Below are positions 37,475 through 47,289 of a DNA stretch of 51,022 nucleotides, piece by piece. Each line of letters begins with the position of its first letter. Within the stretch, counting starts at the first letter, position 1. The notes under the pieces are model-generated. The model was given only the letters and a program-made list of their open reading frames with translations, had not been told where the DNA came from and did not search any database. A program made the position numbers and the translations under genes. Source of the DNA: an uncultured Muribaculaceae bacterium (GTDB taxonomy: Bacteria; Bacillota_I; Bacilli_A; RF39; UBA660). Where the stretch lies: NCBI GenBank assembly GCA_964454255.1, contig CAYVSY010000001.1, positions 1 to 51,022 on the forward strand. The letters are read 5' to 3'.

Positions 37475-38791
37475 ATGATTAAGAATAAATTTATTAAAGC
37501 AACTTTTATATTAATTATAGGTGGATTTATTTCCAAATTACTAGCAATGTTTATTAGAATAACTTTGTCACGAAAAATTGGCCCATCAGGAATTGGATTA
37601 TATATGCTTATTTTACCAACATTTCAGTTGTTTATTATATTAGGTAATTTAGGTTTTCCTGTTTCTATTTCTAAATTAGTTAGCGAACAAAGAAAAAATA
37701 ACAAGAAATTAGTTTTATCTATTATTCCTTTTATTATAATATATAATTTATTATTAATGCTTATATTACTTTTTATTTCACCATTAATTTCTAATTTATT
37801 ATTAAAAAATTTGGATACACTTTATCCTTTAATGGCCATTGGATTAACTTTGCCATGTATTACTATTTCAGATGTAATGAGAGGTTATTTTTTTGGAAAA
37901 CAAAAATCTTTTCCTTATGTTTTTTCTAATATTATTGAACAATTAGTTAGATTATTTTTAACAATATTTTTTATTCCTAATTTACTTAAATTTTCAATTC
38001 CTATAGCAGTTACTGGGGTTGTTTTAATAAATATTGTAAGTGAATTTTCTTCAATATTAATGTTATTAGTCTTTATTCCTAAAGATGTTACTATAAAGGT
38101 TCAGGATTTTAAAAAAGATATTCCTTATTTAAAAGATAATTTAGCAATTGGTATTCCTACTACTTCATCTAAATTAGTAAGTTCAATTGGAAATTTTTTT
38201 GAACCTATTATAATAACCTCAATATGTCTTTTTTTAGGATATAATAACAATTATATTACATATGAATATGGAATTATAAATGGTTATGTTTTACCTTTAC
38301 TTTTATTACCATCATTTTTTTCGTCAGCTATTTCTAATGCGTTGTTACCGGTAATAAGTAATAATTTTTCTAATAATAAAATTTCTGAAGTAAAACGCAA
38401 AATTAAGCAAGCAATTATTTTAGCTTTATCTGTTGGAGGACCAGCTACTTTATTTTTAACTTTTTTCCCTGATATTCTATTAAATTTATTATATGGCACA
38501 ACAATTGGTAGTTCATATATTAAAATGATTGCACCGTTTTTTATTTTTCATTATATTCAAGCACCTTTAACTTCTACCCTTCAAGGAATGGGCAAAGCTA
38601 AATGTGCTATGAAAGGTTCTATTGGTGGAACGATTCTTAGAATTATTACTTTATTATTATGCTTACTTTTAGGATTTAAGTTTTGGAGTGTTTTAATATC
38701 ATTGATTATTAGCATTGTATATGTAACTGGGCATAATATTTATTATGTTCAATTATATTTAAAAGAAAAAACAAAGATTTTCTTTGTTTAA
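37475..38791 (+). CDS. spoVB: SpoVB/MurJ-type MOP-superfamily flippase
   Basis: 438 aa, about 12 TM segments. N terminus KATFILIIGGFISKLLAMFIRITLSRKIGPSGIGLY. Synteny with comN-secDF. Confidence 0.7.
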   Translation: MIKNKFIKATFILIIGGFISKLLAMFIRITLSRKIGPSGIGLYMLILPTFQLFIILGNLGFPVSISKLVSEQRKNNKKLVLSIIPFIIIYNLLLMLILLFISPLISNLLLKNLDTLYPLMAIGLTLPCITISDVMRGYFFGKQKSFPYVFSNIIEQLVRLFLTIFFIPNLLKFSIPIAVTGVVLINIVSEFSSILMLLVFIPKDVTIKVQDFKKDIPYLKDNLAIGIPTTSSKLVSSIGNFFEPIIITSICLFLGYNNNYITYEYGIINGYVLPLLLLPSFFSSAISNALLPVISNNFSNNKISEVKRKIKQAIILALSVGGPATLFLTFFPDILLNLLYGTTIGSSYIKMIAPFFIFHYIQAPLTSTLQGMGKAKCAMKGSIGGTILRIITLLLCLLLGFKFWSVLISLIISIVYVTGHNIYYVQLYLKEKTKIFFV

Positions 38792-41157
38792 TTATTTCGT
38801 AATTTACCATTATATTTTTTAGATATTTCTAGAATTATTTTGTCTAACAAAATGTTAACTTCTTCATCAGTTAATGTTTTATCATAATTTTCAAATAATA
38901 AATTAAAAGCAATTGATTTTGAACTTTCACCAATTTTTGTTCCAGTATATATATCAAATATTTTTATATTTGTTAGTAATTTGCCACCAATTGTTTTAAT
39001 TGTATCAATTATTATATTGGCAGTTATATTTTTATCTAATATAAAAGCAATATCTTTACTTATACTTGGATATTTATTAATTTCTTTGTATTTTATTTGA
39101 CTAGTTTTAAAATCAAATAATGAATCTAAATCTATTTCAATAACATATACTTCATTTGGTTCAAGACTAGGAATAATTCTTCCTATGTTACCTATGCTTT
39201 TTTTATTTACTATTATTTCAGCTGATTGATATGGATGAAACTCTTTTGGGATAGTGTTGCTTGCTTTTATTTCATATCGATTATTATAACCTAAATAATT
39301 TAATAATTCTTCAATTATCATTTTTGCAATATAAAAGTCAACATTTTTTTTATATTCTAAACTATCATAATATAAACCTGTCATTAGAATAGACAAAGTA
39401 TTTTTTTCTAAATAATCATTATCTTTCTTGTAAAATGAATGCCCTATTTCAAATATACATACATCTTTTATATTTCTAGCTGTGTTATATTTATATACTT
39501 TGTATAATGATGGAATTAAACTATATCTTAAGGTTGTTTTTTCTTCTGTCATTGGATCTAATATTTTTATTTCATCATATTTATCATTAGTCCATTTATG
39601 ATTATTTTCAAAGCTTTCTAAAGAATAAGTTAATGTTTCATTTAAACCAAGCGATGCTAATTTTTCTTTTATATTTCTTATTTTTTTGTTTATGTATCCA
39701 GGAATTATATTTAATTTTGGTAGTTTACCAACAATATTATCAACTCCATATATTCGTCCAACTTCTTCAATTAAATCACATTCCATATTAATGTCAATTC
39801 TTCTTTGAGGAACACTAACGGTCATATTTCCATTATTATTTTTAACTTTAAATCCTAAACGTTCAAAAACATCAATAATGCTCTTATCGTTTATTTCTAA
39901 ACCTAATGTTTCATTAATTTTTTTAAAAGTAATATTAATTTGTTTGTCTTCTTTTATGGTAATATCATGAGCAATTATATCGGAATTTATCTTACCATTA
40001 GCATATTTTTCTAACAAGTGACATGCTCTTTCAATGGCAAGATATGTTCTATTGGCGTCAAGACCTTTTTCAAAACGGATACTTGCTTCAGAGCGAAGAA
40101 ATTTGTTAGATGTTTTTCTCACTTTGTATGAATCAAATATAGCTGATTCAATAATTATATTTTTAGTGTTAATATCTATTTCAGTTTCAAAGCCACCCAT
40201 AACACCAGCAAGTCCAACTGTATTTTTTTTATTTGCAATAACAATATCTTCAGGATCTAATTTACGAATTATCCCATCAATTGTTTTTAATTGTTCATTT
40301 TCTTTGGCATTTCTAACAATAATTTGATTGCCTAATTTATCAGCATCATAAAAGTGTAAAGGTTGACCTGTTTCTAACATCACATAATTACTTATATCAA
40401 CAATATTATTTATTGGTCTAATGCCAGAGGCAATTAATCGATTTTTTATTATTTCAGGGCTTTCATTAATTGTTATATTAGTTACTTTTTTTACTAAAAA
40501 AATTGGACAATCATTAGTTTCAATACTTAAGTCAAAGTTATTTTTAATTGATTCATTTATTTGGTTATAGGTTGTATCAATATTTTTAATTTTGGTATTA
40601 TATATAGCTCCTATTTCGTATGCCATTCCTAATATGCTTAATAAATCACCTCTATTTGCCGTTAATTCAAAATCAATTATTTCATCATCGAATTGTTCAT
40701 ATTTTATTGGTTCTTCACCTATTTTGGCGTTGTTTGAAAGAATATGAATTCCGTTTTTTTCATCTTCGCTGATATATTTATTATCTAATCCTAATTCATT
40801 TAATGAGCATATCATACCGTTTGATTCTATACCTCGAATAATTGATTTTTTAATTTTTCCACCAATTAATTCAGCTCCATTTTGAGCTACGATAACATTA
40901 ATTCCTTCACGGACGTTTGGTGCACCACACACTATAGTTAATATTTCTTTACCAATATCAACCATACATACATGCAAATGATCACTATTAGGATGATTTT
41001 CACATTTAATTACTTTACCAATTATTAAATTAGTTCCAGTAATTAGTTTACTAAGGTTATTATATTCATTCCCTACTCTAGTCATATCATCGGCTAAAGT
41101 TTTTGTATCAGTTGGAATATCGATATAGTCGCTAACAAATTTTCTACTTAATTTCAT
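38788..41157 (-). CDS. pheT: phenylalanine--tRNA ligase beta subunit
   Basis: tRNA-binding domain, B3/4, B5 and FDX-ACB domains. 789 aa. Overlaps pheS. Confidence 0.97.
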   Translation of the reverse strand: MKLSRKFVSDYIDIPTDTKTLADDMTRVGNEYNNLSKLITGTNLIIGKVIKCENHPNSDHLHVCMVDIGKEILTIVCGAPNVREGINVIVAQNGAELIGGKIKKSIIRGIESNGMICSLNELGLDNKYISEDEKNGIHILSNNAKIGEEPIKYEQFDDEIIDFELTANRGDLLSILGMAYEIGAIYNTKIKNIDTTYNQINESIKNNFDLSIETNDCPIFLVKKVTNITINESPEIIKNRLIASGIRPINNIVDISNYVMLETGQPLHFYDADKLGNQIIVRNAKENEQLKTIDGIIRKLDPEDIVIANKKNTVGLAGVMGGFETEIDINTKNIIIESAIFDSYKVRKTSNKFLRSEASIRFEKGLDANRTYLAIERACHLLEKYANGKINSDIIAHDITIKEDKQINITFKKINETLGLEINDKSIIDVFERLGFKVKNNNGNMTVSVPQRRIDINMECDLIEEVGRIYGVDNIVGKLPKLNIIPGYINKKIRNIKEKLASLGLNETLTYSLESFENNHKWTNDKYDEIKILDPMTEEKTTLRYSLIPSLYKVYKYNTARNIKDVCIFEIGHSFYKKDNDYLEKNTLSILMTGLYYDSLEYKKNVDFYIAKMIIEELLNYLGYNNRYEIKASNTIPKEFHPYQSAEIIVNKKSIGNIGRIIPSLEPNEVYVIEIDLDSLFDFKTSQIKYKEINKYPSISKDIAFILDKNITANIIIDTIKTIGGKLLTNIKIFDIYTGTKIGESSKSIAFNLLFENYDKTLTDEEVNILLDKIILEISKKYNGKLRNN

Positions 41158-42184
41158 CTGTATCTTCCTTTCTACTAAAGTTATTCAAAAATCTTATATC
41201 ATTTGCATATAAATATCTTATATCAGGAATTTGGTATTTTAACATGGCTACTCTTTCAATTCCTATTCCAAATGCGAAACCACTATATATTTCTGGATTA
41301 TAGCCATTCATTTTTAATACATTAGGATGAACCATACCAGAACCTAGTATTTCTATCCAACCAGTATTTTTACATAATGAGCATCCTGTTCCATTACATT
41401 TAAAACAACTTATATCAACTTCATATGATGGCTCAGTAAACGGAAAATAACTTGCTCTAAAACGAATCTTTGTATTTTTTCCAAATAAATGTTTTAATAA
41501 TTTTTCTAATGTCCCTTTTAAATCAGCTAAACTTATATTTTTATCTATTAATAGCCCCTCAATTTGAGTAAATTGGTGAGAATGTGTTGCATCATCATCA
41601 CGGCGATATGTTTTACCAGGACAAATTATTCTGATTGGCGTTTTTTTTAAATTTTCTTGCATAGTTCTAGCTTGCATTGGTGAAGTATGAGTTCTTAATA
41701 ACATTTCATCATTAATGTAGAATGTGTCTTGAGCATCTCTAGCTGGATGACCTTTTGGTAAATTTAATAATTCAAAATTAAAATAATCACTTTCTACTTC
41801 CGGACCTTGAATGACACTATATCCCATTGATACAAATAAATCTTCAATATCTTCGATAATTATTGTATTAGGATGCAGACTGCCTTGCCTAATTTTTATA
41901 GATGGTTCTGAAACATCTATACGATCATTTTCTAATTTTTTATTTAATTCTTCCTTTTCAAATTTATTTAATAACAATTCATAATTGTCATTAAATAAAT
42001 TTCTTAATTCCTGAAGTTTTATTCCATATTCTTTTTTTTCGTCTTTTGGAATATCAATCATTTTAGAACTTTGTTCAGTAATTATTCCTTTTTTCCCATT
42101 ATATTTAATTTTTAAATCGTTTAAATCATTTAAATTGTTTACATTTTTTAAATCTTCTTGTAATAATTCTTTAATATTTTCCAT
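41144..42184 (-). CDS. pheS: phenylalanine--tRNA ligase alpha subunit
   Basis: HPARDAQDTFY, LRTHTSP, FRASYFPFTEPS and GFAFGIGIERVAML. Confidence 0.97.
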   Translation of the reverse strand: MENIKELLQEDLKNVNNLNDLNDLKIKYNGKKGIITEQSSKMIDIPKDEKKEYGIKLQELRNLFNDNYELLLNKFEKEELNKKLENDRIDVSEPSIKIRQGSLHPNTIIIEDIEDLFVSMGYSVIQGPEVESDYFNFELLNLPKGHPARDAQDTFYINDEMLLRTHTSPMQARTMQENLKKTPIRIICPGKTYRRDDDATHSHQFTQIEGLLIDKNISLADLKGTLEKLLKHLFGKNTKIRFRASYFPFTEPSYEVDISCFKCNGTGCSLCKNTGWIEILGSGMVHPNVLKMNGYNPEIYSGFAFGIGIERVAMLKYQIPDIRYLYANDIRFLNNFSRKEDTDEIK

Positions 42185-42204
42185 TTCTTTCTCCTTCTTA
42201 TTTT

Positions 42205-42365
42205 AAAAAAAAGATAGCACCACTTAAGGACGAGAATTCCCGTGGTACCACCTTATTTTATAACATTGTTATACACTTAATTTATAACGCTTTTTAGCGA
42301 TAAAACTAAAGAGTGAATTCATACTTTTTATTTATTAGTTTCCATCAGCCACTAACTTTCTATAA
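42205..42365 (-). promoter_or_regulatory. T-box leader (Phe specifier UUC) for pheST
   Basis: The minus strand has ATGAATTCACTC (GAA-UUC-A specifier), AATAAGGTGGTACCACGGG (T-box) and a terminator ending in T8. Confidence 0.9.
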
Positions 42366-42403
42366 AATAATTGAAGTATTACTATTTTCTTATTATTGTT
42401 TTA

Positions 42404-43141
42404 TTAATTGTTTTTATTTTCTTGTAAAAATCTGACTAATTTTTTTTGTTTTACTTCTTTTTCTTCACTATTTTCGTAAGTATTATGTATACCATATCTA
42501 GATGAATAAGAGTGAATTGCATTGGCAAAAGTATTTGCTTGTCTTAATTTTGTAATTTCATCATTGGTATAATATGTATTATTAAAATTATTCTTGTCTA
42601 TATCTAAAATATAAGCCGGTTCGATTTTTAATAGTTGCTGGTAATTAGGACTATTAATATGTTCTTTTGATAATTGTTTTAAAAATATATTGTTTAGTAT
42701 AATTGAATCAGCATATTCAAATCGATATTCATTATTAAGCATCAAAGTTTTTAAAAGTGCATCTATAACATCTTTAATAAAAACATTTTCGTTCAATAAT
42801 TTTGGAGATAAAAATTGGACATTATCTAATCCAAATTTATATTGTGTTTTATTATTAAAAATTATTTCTTTAGCAATGTAAATGTCATTATTGTATGGTG
42901 TGCACCATATATCACTTGGATAATATTTAATTACACTCTTAACAATTGTGTAATCTTCTTTTTCTTCTTGTCCAAAATGTTCTAGTCCACCACAGGCTAA
43001 AATAATTTCTATTTTTTTAGCTAAACAATAACTATATAAATCAAAATTATTATTAGTGCTAATAATATTGCTGTTTGATATTATCTTTTCTAATTCTTCT
43101 AATTCTTCAATACTTGGAATATATACCTTCTTATTTTCCAT
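42404..43141 (-). CDS. hypothetical protein
   Basis: 245-aa ORF with a GGGGA RBS. No confident motif. Confidence 0.45.
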   Translation of the reverse strand: MENKKVYIPSIEELEELEKIISNSNIISTNNNFDLYSYCLAKKIEIILACGGLEHFGQEEKEDYTIVKSVIKYYPSDIWCTPYNNDIYIAKEIIFNNKTQYKFGLDNVQFLSPKLLNENVFIKDVIDALLKTLMLNNEYRFEYADSIILNNIFLKQLSKEHINSPNYQQLLKIEPAYILDIDKNNFNNTYYTNDEITKLRQANTFANAIHSYSSRYGIHNTYENSEEKEVKQKKLVRFLQENKNN

Positions 43142-43159
43142 GTTTTCCCCATTCTTGTT

Positions 43160-43702
43160 TTAGATACTCATTAATTCATTTTCTTTTTCTTTTAATTTTT
43201 CATCAATTATTTTATTAAATTTATTGATTAATTCTTGGATTTCATTTTCTCTATTTTTTTGTTCATCTTCTGGACATTTTGTATTTTTTATATTATTGTT
43301 AGCATCTTGTCTAATATTTCTTAAGGCAATTTTACCTTCTTCAGAAATGATTTTGACTTGTTTAACAAATTCTCTTCTTCTTTCCTCTGTTAATGCAGGT
43401 ATTACAAGAAATATTGACTCACCATTATTATTAGGTGTTAATCCTAAATTAGCTTCATAAATAGATTTTTCAATTAATCCTAAACAATTTTTATCAAATG
43501 GTTTAATCATTAATTGTCTAGCTTCAGGAACTGAAATATTTGATAGTTGTTTTATTGGTGTTAATGTTCCATAATATTCTATATTAAGTCCATCTAGCAT
43601 ATTAGGATTTGCACGACCAGCTCTAACGTTTGTCCATCGACTTTCAATATTTTCAATTGCTTTTTTCATTTTTTCTTCGGTATTTAAAATAATATCATCC
43701 AT
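43160..43702 (-). CDS. frr: ribosome recycling factor
   Basis: MDDIILNTEEKMKKAIENIESRWTNVRAGRANPNMLD...LTEERRRE. ATG 43702 follows AAGGAG; the ORF-track start at 43735 is too long. Confidence 0.95.
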   Translation of the reverse strand: MDDIILNTEEKMKKAIENIESRWTNVRAGRANPNMLDGLNIEYYGTLTPIKQLSNISVPEARQLMIKPFDKNCLGLIEKSIYEANLGLTPNNNGESIFLVIPALTEERRREFVKQVKIISEEGKIALRNIRQDANNNIKNTKCPEDEQKNRENEIQELINKFNKIIDEKLKEKENELMSI

Positions 43703-43756
43703 AATATTCTCCTTTTTACAAATATATTCTATCATATAATTATTTATTTTACTAGA

Positions 43757-44995
43757 CTAATTATTTAATTTTTGTATGTAATTTTTTTCTACTATTTCTA
43801 TATCAGATGTAGCTTTTAATGGCCCAAATTCATTACTTTCAACACTATATACTAACATATTATCGTCATTATAAAATGCTTCATAAATATATTGTTCAAA
43901 TTTACATGAATTTGGTTTATTTGGAAAAATTGTATTTCCCGATAAGTTCATAAAGGAAGTCTTTCTTTTAGCATCGTGGTATATTAATTTCATATTGGCA
44001 TATTCTTGTAATTTTGAAATATTGATAATATGATTTAAAATATTTTTTTCACGATATATATATTTGTTATTTACTTTTTTATTAGTTAATTCGGGATTAA
44101 TTTTACTACTTTCTAACATATATATTTTATTATCTCTTTTACAAAAAATATAGTTCTTATCTAATTCATCAGTTTTAGAAATAGATTTTGATGCAATCAT
44201 ATTATTTGTATCTATCGTTAATCCTAAAAAAATTGGATCAATTGGAATATTTAAAACATTATCTATTCCACTAAAAAAAATCCATTTTATATTATTTTTT
44301 TTCATAAAAGTAATTAAATTATAATCTTTTAATTTTTTAAATACACAACCATTTCCATTTGATTCAAATAATACTTTATCTTTACTTTTAAGAAGTATTT
44401 TACCAGTTAAATCACATACGGCTTCTTCATCTTGAATAAAGAAAATAATTTTATTTTTTGGATAATTAAAATATTTTTTTTCTTTAAAAAACTTTTTAGT
44501 TTCTTTTATATTATTAGAACTACACATTATAAACCAATATGGTGTAATATTATATTTATTTTTAATATCTTTTAAGTTATTTATAATTATTTCAAACAAA
44601 CTAATTTTTTTAAAATTAATACTTAATTCAAATGTTCCTTTTGGTCCATTATGACCTAATCTACTTCCCATTCCACCTGCTAATGTCACAAGTGCTACTT
44701 CATTATTTTTAATACTTTTTTCACCAATATTAATAATTTTATTAATATCTTTTAATTCATCTTTTTTATAGTATGTTAATGGTGATATATTATAAATTGT
44801 ATTTTTCCTTATTATTTCATTTTGACTTTCATTTAATATTAATCTTGTAAAATTATCATTAATTAGTTTTAAATCTATTTTATTAATATCATTAATTAGT
44901 TTTCTTTTTTTATAAAAACTTAATTCATTATAAAATGTTAATAATTGATTTTGATTATATTTTTTTAATTTATCTTTTATCTTCGAACTTTCCAT
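43757..44995 (-). CDS. UDPGP-family (eukaryotic-type) UDP-sugar / UDP-GlcNAc pyrophosphorylase
   Basis: VALVTLAGGMGSRLGHNGPKGTFEL resembles the LAGGQGTRLG..PKG signature. Confidence 0.7.
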   Translation of the reverse strand: MESSKIKDKLKKYNQNQLLTFYNELSFYKKRKLINDINKIDLKLINDNFTRLILNESQNEIIRKNTIYNISPLTYYKKDELKDINKIINIGEKSIKNNEVALVTLAGGMGSRLGHNGPKGTFELSINFKKISLFEIIINNLKDIKNKYNITPYWFIMCSSNNIKETKKFFKEKKYFNYPKNKIIFFIQDEEAVCDLTGKILLKSKDKVLFESNGNGCVFKKLKDYNLITFMKKNNIKWIFFSGIDNVLNIPIDPIFLGLTIDTNNMIASKSISKTDELDKNYIFCKRDNKIYMLESSKINPELTNKKVNNKYIYREKNILNHIINISKLQEYANMKLIYHDAKRKTSFMNLSGNTIFPNKPNSCKFEQYIYEAFYNDDNMLVYSVESNEFGPLKATSDIEIVEKNYIQKLNN

Positions 44996-45888
44996 GTTTC
45001 ATTACCTTTTAGAGGGATTTTTTTATTATTTACATAATCATTAGAGTCATTAATTTTGTTTTTATTCATATTAGAAACTAATTTACTATTTAAGACTCTT
45101 TCTTTCACTTTTTTTAATAAATCAACATATGGTATTCTAATTAATTCAAAATTTAATTCATCTTTTTTAGATGGATTATCATCAACTATTAAATAAGATA
45201 TTTCTTTTTCTAATACAGGAACATCTTCAAAAATAAATTTTCCATCTTCATTCGTAATAGGATTATTAAATTTATCTAATTTTGCTTTTTTTCTAAAATG
45301 ACTAAATGGATCACCAACACTACCTGGATTAATTAAATATTTTGATTCAATTTTTTCAAAGGTTGGAACATGGGTATGACCAAAAATAACAATGTCTGGA
45401 CAACCATCTTCTTTTTTTACAAATTTTTCTATTTCACATGTATGTTCAAAAAATTCATTTGTATCAGTAATTATTTTATCTTTATAAGTATTGGTTGAGT
45501 TATCAGTTTTTGGATTATATAATCTATCAAAACTACGTGGAGATGCATGAAGCAATCTAATATGAAAACCATTTAAAAATATATCTTTAGCAAATGGTAA
45601 TTCTCTTAAATAACGGAGATTTTCTTCCCCACAATATTTTTTGTTGAGAGGTAAAATATCTTTTCCTACTTCACGAATTTGAGCAAAGTGATTATCAACA
45701 TTACCTTGAATAACACTTTTACATTCTGATCTAATTACATCTGTTGTATCTTTTGGATCAACATATTTTAAAGCTATATCACCTAAACAATGTATTTCCG
45801 TTACTCCTCTTTTTTCTATATCATTTAATACTTCTAACAATGCTAGATAATTTCCATGAATATCTGAAATAAATGCAATTTTTGACAT
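44977..45888 (-). CDS. metallophosphoesterase (calcineurin-like) family protein
   Basis: IAFISDIHGN, CLGDI, GNVD and VIFGHTHVP. Its 3' end overlaps the next gene by 19 nt. Confidence 0.8.
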   Translation of the reverse strand: MSKIAFISDIHGNYLALLEVLNDIEKRGVTEIHCLGDIALKYVDPKDTTDVIRSECKSVIQGNVDNHFAQIREVGKDILPLNKKYCGEENLRYLRELPFAKDIFLNGFHIRLLHASPRSFDRLYNPKTDNSTNTYKDKIITDTNEFFEHTCEIEKFVKKEDGCPDIVIFGHTHVPTFEKIESKYLINPGSVGDPFSHFRKKAKLDKFNNPITNEDGKFIFEDVPVLEKEISYLIVDDNPSKKDELNFELIRIPYVDLLKKVKERVLNSKLVSNMNKNKINDSNDYVNNKKIPLKGNETWKVRR

Positions 45889-45904
45889 TTTTTATCATCT
45901 CTTT

Positions 45905-47191
45905 CTATTTTGTAATCTTATTCATTCCACCCATATACATTTGAAGTGGTTTTGGAATATTAATGCTTCCGTCTTCGTTATAATTATTTTCTAAAAAAGC
46001 AATTAACATTCTTGGTGGGGCAACAACAGTATTATTTAATGTGTGAGGATAATATTTTGAACCATCTTCACTTTTTATTCGAATACTTAATCTTCTTGAT
46101 TGAGCATCACCTAATGTTGAACAACTTCCTAATTCTCCAAAATAAGTTTTTTGTCTTGGGCTCCATGCTTCAACATCGGCACTTTTAACTTTTAAATCGG
46201 CTAAATCACCGCTACAACATTCAATTATTCTAACTGGTATATCTAATGTTCTAAAAAATTCTACGGAATAATTTAACATTTTTTGATACCATTCTATGCT
46301 TTCGTCTGGTTTTGAAATAACAACCATTTCTTGTTTTTCAAATTGATGAACGCGATATACACCTCGTTCTTCTATTCCATGTGCACCTACTTCTTTTCTA
46401 AAACATGGTGAATAACTAGTTAAGCATATTGGTAATTTATTTTCATCAATTATTGAATCAATAAATCGTCCAATCATGGAGTGTTCACTTGTCCCAATTA
46501 AGTATAGGTCTTCATCTTGAATTTTATACATCATATTTTCCATTTCATTAAAACTCATAACACCGGTTACAACATTACTTCTAATCATAAATGGTGGAAT
46601 ACAATATATGAATCCTTTATCTATCATAAAATCTCTAGCATAACTTAAAATAGCTGATTGAAGTCTAGCAATCGAACCAGTTAAATAATAGAATCCGTTA
46701 CCACTTGTCTTCCTTGCATTATCTAAGTCGAGTCCAAATAAACTTTCCATAATATCAGCGTGATATGGAATTTCGTAATTAAATAATTTGGGTTCACCTA
46801 TTGTTTTAATTTGAATATTTTCTTTATCTGATGCTCCAATAGGAACGGAACTATCAATAATATTTGGAATTATTAACATTCTTTTTTTTATTTCATCTTG
46901 AATAACTTCTTCTTCTTTTTCTAAATTAATTAATTTATTATTAATATTGGAAACTTCTTCTTTTTTTAGATTAGCTTCATCTATCTTTTTATCTTTCATT
47001 AATAATCCAATTTTATTAGATATGATATTTCTTTTATTACGAAGTTCATCTCCTTCTAATTTCATAGTTCTATTTTTTTTATCTAATTCTAAAACTTCAT
47101 CTACTAATATAATTTTTTCATCTTGAAATTTTTTTTTGATATTTTCTTTAACTAAATCACTATTTTCTCTTATTAATTTAATATCTATCAT
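45905..47191 (-). CDS. serS: serine--tRNA ligase
   Basis: MIDIKLIREN; coiled-coil arm; FRKEVGAHG; TLNNTVVA.PRMLIAFLEN. Confidence 0.97.
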   Translation of the reverse strand: MIDIKLIRENSDLVKENIKKKFQDEKIILVDEVLELDKKNRTMKLEGDELRNKRNIISNKIGLLMKDKKIDEANLKKEEVSNINNKLINLEKEEEVIQDEIKKRMLIIPNIIDSSVPIGASDKENIQIKTIGEPKLFNYEIPYHADIMESLFGLDLDNARKTSGNGFYYLTGSIARLQSAILSYARDFMIDKGFIYCIPPFMIRSNVVTGVMSFNEMENMMYKIQDEDLYLIGTSEHSMIGRFIDSIIDENKLPICLTSYSPCFRKEVGAHGIEERGVYRVHQFEKQEMVVISKPDESIEWYQKMLNYSVEFFRTLDIPVRIIECCSGDLADLKVKSADVEAWSPRQKTYFGELGSCSTLGDAQSRRLSIRIKSEDGSKYYPHTLNNTVVAPPRMLIAFLENNYNEDGSINIPKPLQMYMGGMNKITK

Positions 47192-47289
47192 GTTTCCTCC
47201 ATAATTTTGAAATGATTACTTTAAGAATCATCTTTTATTATAAAATTCATCCTAAAATACTTATAAATATATTTATTTGTTTTTATTTA

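Noticed and set aside
47192-47289. Expected a T-box leader upstream of serS, as for hisS and pheS.
   Set aside because: Only 98 nt are available, with no GGTGGTACC-like T-box sequence and no specifier structure.
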